DNA of 5,455 bases from Oopsacas minuta. Taxonomy: Eukaryota > Animalia > Porifera. Location: positions 14,925 to 20,379 of the forward strand of contig JAKMXF010000154.1 of assembly GCA_024704765.1 (NCBI GenBank), given 5' to 3'. The notes under the pieces were generated by a model. It did no database searches. It worked only from the letters and a program-made list of their open reading frames with translations, and had not been told where the DNA came from. The position numbers and the translations under genes were made by a program. Positions 1 through 5,455 of the stretch are shown here, piece by piece; the first letter of the stretch is position 1; each line of letters opens with the position of its first letter.

Positions 1-20
1 TTTTCGTAAGAAGCCAGGTG
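1..20 (-). CDS. Putative next exon of the spectrin-like gene (5' 20 nt only; runs off window)
   Basis: Minus strand reads TCTCCTTTTGAATCAATAG|CAC CTG GCT TCT TAC GAA AA (AG at 22-21). A phase-0 join to the large exon gives ...GAVAK|HLASYE, which fits the spectrin A-B loop pattern G[KR]DLASV[QE]. Only 6 full codons are visible. Confidence 0.4.
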
Positions 21-174
21 CTATTGATTCAAAAGGAGATTCTAATTGTTTTATAATTAAATCAATTAAAAAACCTCAATAATTCACTAGTACACTTTTC
101 TTAAGTCCACAGTATAGACAGCCCAAAATTCGTAATATCCAATTGGATTTGCATGGAGCAGGCATAGAAAATAT

Positions 175-324
175 GTCGCTAATTCAATGTGTCGTTATCT
201 GACAGGTCGTTATACCCGAGGTATGGTGTGTGCAGAATAATGCTGCGAGATTCTGGGCTAGCAAAATGAGTCGTTATAAGCGATTTGTCGTTAAAGCAGA
301 TGTCGTTAAATCCAATGTTTACTG
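175..324 (-). mobile_element. Tigger/pogo-like MITE remnant (one terminus recognisable)
   Basis: Minus strand TA|CAGTAAACATTGGATTTAACGACATCTGCTTTAACGAC (TA at 326-325, element end 324). On the + strand GTCGTTA occurs at 191, 206, 270, 287 and 302, with a variant GTCGCTA at 175. This TA-CAGT terminus with reiterated TAACGAC motifs matches Tigger-type non-autonomous elements. The second TIR is absent or decayed. Confidence 0.65.
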
Positions 325-595
325 TAGAGGCTTCTAGTGAATTAAAGACATGGTTATAATAAACATTCCTATTAATCTGTTGAAGCAAATTGTGGTTGTA
401 AATATCCTAATAATTATTACACAAGTCATATTCTTATTATCGTTGAAACTACAATGCTATATAAATTTCCTAAGACTGGAATTTGCTAAAGTAATCATTA
501 AATGGTGGCTAAACCACTTAACCATAAATTTGTGAACCTAAAAACATCCCAATGGATTCCACATACTCGAATATCCTAACATATGTAGAATCTGT

Positions 596-1250
596 ATTTA
601 TGAGAAGTATAGTTTGTCTAAAATGCCAAATACAAATTGGCCTACTTCTTTCTTTGGCCTTCTGGCATATCTATCCAAATTTGAAGTAGGCCATGGGGCG
701 AATGAATTTTGAAACATGACACCGAATGACTGAACAATCGTTGTGCTGTTGAAGAAGGAAGGGTAGTATTCTAACGTTAGACTGTATTCAATAAGTGGAT
801 GACAGTTCAAAGACACGATGTCGTTGCTAGTTTATTCAAAATATTCAAACACAACGTTTGATCTGATCTCATGATAGTAAATCATAAATGAAAAACTCTT
901 CAGATTCCTTATCTGAGGCAGAGCTAGCATAAGACAATCCAACTTCGCTTAATCCATCCAGCTCTATTTGTAGAAGAGAAATAACACCAAGACCCTTTTT
1001 GTCAACGATCCAGTGGATCATAAATCTTGAGATGTTTACACTAGCCAAAATAAATTTATGATTTCAATAATGACTAAATCCTCCCTCCAGTCCTCTAAAA
1101 TTCTTTGTACAAGGATATGTAGTATGTAAGCTGATTTCGCAAAGCTACTAGCTGTTTTCCAATGGTTACGATTGTGGGTAATAAATATCCTAACACATAG
1201 GATAATTATAATTATCAAGGCATTATAGATCATTCAAGAAAACTTGATTG
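596..1250 (-). pseudogene. Degenerate hAT-superfamily transposase, C-terminal part including the hAT dimerisation-domain motif
   Basis: Manual translation across frameshifts: SFLE* (~1244-1230); GYLLPTIVTIGKQLVALRNQLTYYIS (from 1190); LVQRILE (from 1113); GLEGGFSHY*NHKFILASVNISRFMIHWI...DKESEEFF (1093-890); EYFE*TSNDIVSLNCHPLI; NTTLPSSTAQRLFS (770-729); PK/RSRPICIWHFRQTILLIN (657-596). Order and content match the hAT pattern GYLLPT..L..RF..LAS..HPRFKL.W..NT.LPSSA.VERLFS..PKR.RLSD..FE..LLL. At least four frameshifts and several stops. Confidence 0.8.
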
Positions 1251-1595
1251 AATATAGCCACTGGACTTAATCGGATTTAACACTTTGGAAATAATAAAAT
1301 TTATTCGTTGTCTTCATGAATATAAAGTAAACAAATTACCAAAATCAGAAAACATAGGGAGCGAATTGCGGTAAAAATTTAGAATTTTCAGGTTTCTCAT
1401 AAGTTTATGTATATTCTGTTATACGAATATAATAACAAAAATACAGGGGTAACTCAACAAGTTGAATCGGAATTTGGTATGTTGAAGCTTCTATGTAAAT
1501 ATATTAATCTTTCACGAAAATAATGTAAACTTAATGGAAATTCAATTTATAAGGCAGCCTGGACAAATTATTATCCAATAATTTTAACAGTAGAG

Positions 1596-1913
1596 CAGTG
1601 GTTCTGAACCAAAATGATACAGAAAGTTGTTGTTAAGTGTGAGTCTGTGTGACATCAAAATGTCTCTGGGATAAATAATATCGTATAAAATGCTTTCAAG
1701 GGCTTAGTTAATGGTCCTCTGGCCATAAAAGTGCTATGAGCCAAGAAAAACTGCTCCTTCTCCAATATTTATATATATAATAATAATTGGTATACCTCTA
1801 AGATATTTTGATATCACGGTTATAAAAAAGTTGAATTCACTCTTACCTGTTGTGAATTGAGATTTATGAATGAAATGAGTGTGCCGCAGTTCTAATAAGA
1901 TTGAGGAACACTG
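1596..1913. mobile_element. Possible degenerate hAT-Charlie-like non-autonomous element (imperfect TIR pair)
   Basis: Left end CAGTGGTTCTGAACC (1596-1610) and right end, read on the minus strand, CAGTGTTCCTCAATC (1913-1899) match at 11/15. The flanking 8-mers CAGTAGAG (1588-1595) and CCCAAGAG (1914-1921) match at 5/8. CAGTG[GT]TT[CT]CTCAA termini are typical of Charlie-type hATs. Confidence 0.4.
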
Positions 1914-2059
1914 CCCAAGAGTTTTCTTCTGGCCCAAATATATACAAAATAAAAATGCAAGCCCAAACCCGGGAACATAGGTAAATCACCGGTGTTGTAA
2001 ATATGAGCAAACTAACCCTATTGCTTTCAAATCAGCTTTTTATGGTCATATTCGTGTTA

Positions 2060-2185
2060 GACATAAAAATCAGACCCCTACAATGGCTATCCAAATGTTA
2101 TTACTCTGGCTATTAGGAACTCCGGATAGAGCGGGGACAAATTTTGACCGTCTGTGTTGATGTTCGAATTAAGGAGGTTCCACTA
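2060..2185 (-). mobile_element. Tigger/pogo-like MITE fragment (one terminus)
   Basis: Minus strand TA|TAGTGGAACCTCCTTAATTCGAACATCAAC... (TA at 2187-2186) resembles TA|CAGTGGAACCTC...TAAT.CGAAC Tigger-type TIRs with a C>T change at base 1. No partner TIR found, and the lower boundary is approximate. Confidence 0.5.
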
Positions 2186-2432
2186 TATAGTGTTTCGTGT
2201 TCTCTGGATTGTCCCACCCAAAGGAAGGAGTTAAGTATTTCATTATTAGTTAACACCTAGATGTATGGATAATGCATCGTTAAAAAGATAATTAGTTCAA
2301 ATTTCAAAGGCTTTATAGGTTTAACATGCGAAATTCGGATGTCGTATATTGTTGCCACTAGATTGCCATTAGGTGGCAAGGAGGGTCAATTTAGCATACA
2401 GATATCACATGAATTAATTACTCAAGAACTAC

Positions 2433-3512
2433 CTTTGCAACTGCTCCACCAGAGATGAGAGTCTCAATTTCTCTTAGCCACATATTAGCTTCGAAACAAT
2501 CACTTAGAAATTGCTGAATTGAAATATTGCCTAAAATATTCTTTTTCCTCTCTTTAGTCACTACGTTTAGATGAGACCATTGATTGTTTAGAGTACCAAA
2601 TGCAAGATTAACAATAGAATAATGTGGAAAAGATGTAATTGTATTCAATTCAATTTCCAACTTTTGAATTCGGTTTTCGCGGAGGTTGAAGTCTGCGATC
2701 AGTAGTTCAAATTTCTTCAATACTTTTTGAGCTTGAATTAAATCATTCACAGTATCGCAAGATTCTAGTAGATTCAGCTTTTCATCAACCCAATCTTGCT
2801 CATCGGCAATTTGTTGAAGGAGATGATAAGAATAGCAAGATTGATCAATAACAATACATCGTTGCTTGTATAAAGAGGATATTTCTTCAACTCGAACAGT
2901 AATGCTGCTGATAAGGTTCCTCAGACTTGGTAAACATTTGTGATCATTTGGGAAAAAATCATAGATACCTAAAACTATGGAGTTGAATCTCTGGTTATGT
3001 GCAGCAAAATCATGCTCCAAATTGCGCAGTGTTTTTTGAATGATAGAAGCAGAAATAATATCTTTGCCTAATTCTTGAGAAGTACACATTTTTTCAGCTG
3101 AATCAAACCAAAGAGCAATTTTATCAAGTTCAATAGAATATTGAAGAGAAGCACTATCATTAACAAGTGTTTCTCGTTTCAGGGAGCAAAATATGTTAAG
3201 TTCATCCCATTCAGTGGATAATTCATCAATTCCTCTTGATAAATGGTGAGAATTGAAATTTGAAGGAAGTTGAAGACATTTAGCCTTCTGTATAAAACGG
3301 ATTATTCGCTCCGAATTAATTGACACTTCATTTACAAAAACATCATGAGTTTGAAGAGCTTGTTCAATATCAGTAATATGATCTTGAGATATATCGCACT
3401 TTTGGTCTTTTACCCATTCTTTCCAGTCAATTAGCTCACGAACAAATTCATGTACTACCCTAACTGAATGAAGATTACCACTATATTCCGCTATCATAAC
3501 GTATATCCTTTC
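2433..3512 (-). CDS. Internal coding exon (360 codons) of a divergent spectrin-family protein, alpha-spectrin-like (repeats ~6-9); beta-heavy spectrin not excluded
   Basis: Stop-free frame with about 106-aa periodicity and conserved helix-A Trp (DWKEW, IALW, EQDW, ANMW) and helix-C Trp (TEW, NQW). Motifs ELGKD, LEHDFAAHNQR, DEQDWVDEK, DLIQAQKVLKKF, ENRI and QQFLSDCFEANMWLRE are present. Acceptor TTATTTAG|GAA (AG at 3514-3513; this TAG is also the in-frame upstream stop). Donor GCAAAG|GTAGTT (GT at 2432-2431, just before the read-through stop at 2420-2418). The ORF-track Met at 3497 is probably internal. Confidence 0.88.
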
Positions 3513-3876
3513 CTAAATAAGTAAACAGATAACATATAATGCTCAGCTATACTATAGCACAGTTTCGAAACATATTAAAATGAATACGACTGGACCTAAA
3601 CATCGTAGTTACAAACACTAACATACATATAAATATATTTATGTACGTGTAAATACCCTCGGACAAATAATCTTACAATGTTTTTGCGATGAGAACAGGG
3701 TCCAGATCCTATAATGTTTCATATATGTACTAGTTTGACTTTTCAACTATGGCTTGGCGTAACTATTAGAGTAAATTCAGATTATCCATTTACAAGTACA
3801 TCGAAATCGCTTTTGGGCCTCCCCGGTTATTTTGCCTCCTTCCAAGTACTTGTTTCTCCATAACACCATTTACATA

Positions 3877-4109
3877 CCGTAAACTGGGGCTACTTTGGCC
3901 CACTGGGTTTGCTTTAGCCTAAATATTGAAATTTGCTTACGTATCGAATAGATATTGTATTTGTATTTGAATTGTCTACCAATATTTGAAAATTCGTTAA
4001 AATTTAGCAAGTCATTTTAAGTATAATACTGAATCTAATCGAGTTTCTTTGAAACTTTGATAATTGGGCTAAAACAAACCCAGCGGGCCAAAGTGGCCCC
4101 AGTTTACGG
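3877..4109. mobile_element. 233-bp MITE with 44-bp TIRs and TA target-site duplication (Tc1/mariner-pogo type)
   Basis: The left TIR (3877-3920, CCGTAAACTGGGGCTACTTTGGCCCACTGGGTTTGCTTTAGCCT) matches the reverse complement of 4066-4109 (CCGTAAACTGGGGCCACTTTGGCCCGCTGGGTTTGTTTTAGCCC) at 40/44. TA lies on both sides (3875-3876, 4110-4111). The interior is AT-rich and non-coding. Confidence 0.93.
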
Positions 4110-4945
4110 TATAATACTAGTTATATTTTACTAACGGGTTACTTTGCTATCTAGATCATATAAAAAGTACAATTTAACTGAAAAATATCTTTTGGGTGAA
4201 TTTACAAATGATAAATTCAAAAGTGTGAAAATCGGTTTCACCATATTTGATCTATATAGTCAAGGTTTATTGAATTATGTTTACTTTCTTGATGAACATG
4301 ATAAATAAGTACATAATTAAGCGACATATCAGATTTGAGAAATTCAAATTCATCAAAGCATTTCAGAAATCCTTTGCTTGAACAAAGACAAACAGCCAGA
4401 CAAAAATACAAATGTAATAACATAGATTATGGTCCAAAGATAACAGTCAATATAGATACATATGTTTGGTAATTGAAAATAGCTCTCAATTACTCACAAA
4501 CATATAGAATTCTCTACTTACCTAATAGTGTATATAGTTACCAAGGGCCAAAATGTATATACTACGGAGCCTTATTATGCACCCCCCCGTCCACGAGCAG
4601 AGCATATCAAAAGTTCGGCGCCCCTCAGGACAGTAACAGTGTAACTTATGTACCGCAAATGTATACAAAAACATAAGCATAGCATAAAAGCACAAGTAAG
4701 TTTCGCGAAAGGATATTTCGTCATACTTCATTTGATCCGGAAATTTTGATTGTAGGCAAAGACAATGTATTGTTAAGTATCATTAATAAATATATTGGAG
4801 GAAAAATCACAATTTGATATTATCGTAAAAATAGATGTCTCAATATAAATATGTCGCAGTGCAAGTATGAATTTGGTATATTAGTACTTTTCGCCAGGTC
4901 CAAATAATTCTTATATGCTGAATATATATTTGTAGATAGGTACTA

Positions 4946-5455
4946 CGAGGGTCAGTCCAAAAGTTTTGTCGTACACAAAAAATATAATAACAAATTTAAT
5001 CAACTTTCACAGTTTCTCAAACTAATGACCACAACAATCTATGCAAAGTTGCATACGATGAAACCAACTGTCGAAACAACTATGCCATTTTTCCTCTGGC
5101 AGGCTCCAAAGGGCCTCTTCAAATTCCAGACGAGCCTCTTCAGGACTCTTAAACCTTACTCCACGGATCTTTTCCTTGATTGTTGGGAACAAGAAAAAGT
5201 CGCATGGAGCTAAATCTGGACTGTAAGGTGGATGCGATACCAACTGGACCGAATTTTCAGCCAGGAAGTCCAATGTTTTGGCTGCTGTGTGTGCAGATGC
5301 ATTATCGTGGTGAAGGAGAAGTCTGATACCGGTCTTAGAGCGACGAGAACTCCAAGTTTCGAAAGCCTTGGGCAGGCAATTGTTAATGTACCAATCAGCA
5401 TTGACGGTACGACGATCCTCGAGAGGAATTATTGCTACTGGGCCAGTCTTACAGA
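4946..5455 (-). mobile_element. Mariner transposon, 3' half with 3' TIR (continues beyond window)
   Basis: TA (4944-4945) is followed by CGAGGGTCAGTCCAAAAGTTTTGTC, a TACGAGGG-type mariner terminus, about 60 bp beyond the end of the transposase reading frame. Confidence 0.9.
5022..5453 (-). CDS. Mariner (DD34D) transposase, C-terminal catalytic half; probable premature stop removes the last 5 residues
   Basis: The frame is open from the window edge, well upstream of the ORF-track start: CKTGPVAIIPLEDRRTVNADWYINNCLPKAFETWSSRRSKTGIRLLLHHDNASAHTAAKTLDFLAENSVQLVSHPPYSPDLAPCDFFLFPTIKEKIRG...RMQLCIDCCGH*FEKL*. There are exactly 34 residues between the HHD and APCD aspartates, and the YSPDLAP motif is present. 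TAG at 5024-5022 sits where G.YFEKL usually has Tyr, and TGA follows at 5009-5007. Confidence 0.93.
   Translation of the reverse strand, partial: CKTGPVAIIPLEDRRTVNADWYINNCLPKAFETWSSRRSKTGIRLLLHHDNASAHTAAKTLDFLAENSVQLVSHPPYSPDLAPCDFFLFPTIKEKIRGVRFKSPEEARLEFEEALWSLPEEKWHSCFDSWFHRMQLCIDCCGH

Noticed and set aside
179-388. 69-aa minus-strand ORF
   Set aside because: It mostly overlaps the Tigger-like motif array and has no recognisable protein motif.
350-535. 61-aa plus-strand hydrophobic ORF
   Set aside because: Its I/L/N/K-rich composition is what AT-rich non-coding DNA yields, and it has no family motif.
1443-1470. TACAGGGGTAACTCAACAAG resembling a Tc1/mariner TA-CAGGG terminus
   Set aside because: No inverted partner in the window and too short to support a call.
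1340-1680. Faint hAT-like traces (HF.C...HTL near 1630-1670; NSL near 1360)
   Set aside because: They need several ad hoc indels and cannot be told from chance by eye, so they were left out of the fossil boundaries.
3621-3648. Imperfect hairpin around the 14-bp palindrome ATAAATATATTTAT (3629-3642)
   Set aside because: Almost pure A/T low-complexity sequence, expected by chance.
3677-3708. 32-nt minus-strand AG...GTAAGA mini-exon ending in phase 0 (SGPCSHRKNI)
   Set aside because: Phase-compatible with the large exon but unlike the spectrin helix C expected there.
3786-3874. CCATTTACA direct repeat (3786, 3866) flanking CCCCGGTTATTTTGCCTCC
   Set aside because: It may be an old TE scrap, but no TIR pair or family motif could be established.
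4135-4472. Overlapping open frames: + 4135-4308, + 4317-4472 and - 4238-4423 (FDEF..KSDM..QIW, superficially spectrin-like)
   Set aside because: The helix spacing is about 8-11 residues too short for a spectrin repeat. The only donor near the Trp (TG|GTGAAA, phase 2) does not fit the phase-0 acceptor at 3513. Several open frames of 50-60 codons are expected by chance across six frames of this window.
4473-4731. ORFs 4473-4676 (+) and 4522-4731 (-), and a strong minus-strand donor TAG|GTAAGT near 4520
   Set aside because: Both ORFs span the stop-poor GC island and have no motifs. In phase 0 the donor is preceded by a TAG stop, so it cannot feed the spectrin exon.
5025-5401. ORFs 5025-5213 (+) and 5210-5401 (-)
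   Set aside because: They are antisense and alternative-frame shadows of the mariner transposase.
1-5455. Prokaryotic systems (operons, CRISPR array, defence island), tRNA/rRNA
   Set aside because: No regularly spaced repeat-spacer array, no dense gene packing and no recognisable structural RNA. The spliced spectrin exon and eukaryotic transposons indicate a nuclear eukaryotic locus.

Overview
AT-rich eukaryotic (probably animal) genomic DNA, not prokaryotic. The only well-supported host coding sequence is a 1080-bp minus-strand internal exon (3512->2433, phase 0 at both ends) of a divergent spectrin-family gene. It holds about 3.5 spectrin repeats, collinear by eye with alpha-spectrin repeats ~6-9; beta-heavy spectrin is not excluded. 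A possible next exon starts at position 20 and runs off the left edge. The flanking DNA, presumably introns, is full of DNA-transposon remains: a frameshifted hAT transposase fossil that the ORF track misses (1250->596), two one-ended Tigger/pogo-like remnants, a degenerate hAT-Charlie-like end pair, a clean 233-bp MITE with 44-bp TIRs and TA TSD, a GC-rich orphan end of uncertain family, and the 3' half of a young-looking mariner (DD34D) with its TIR. I found no convincing evidence of a new biological system. Most short ORFs in the track are antisense or off-frame shadows of these elements, or chance. Family assignments rest on remembered motifs, not database searches.
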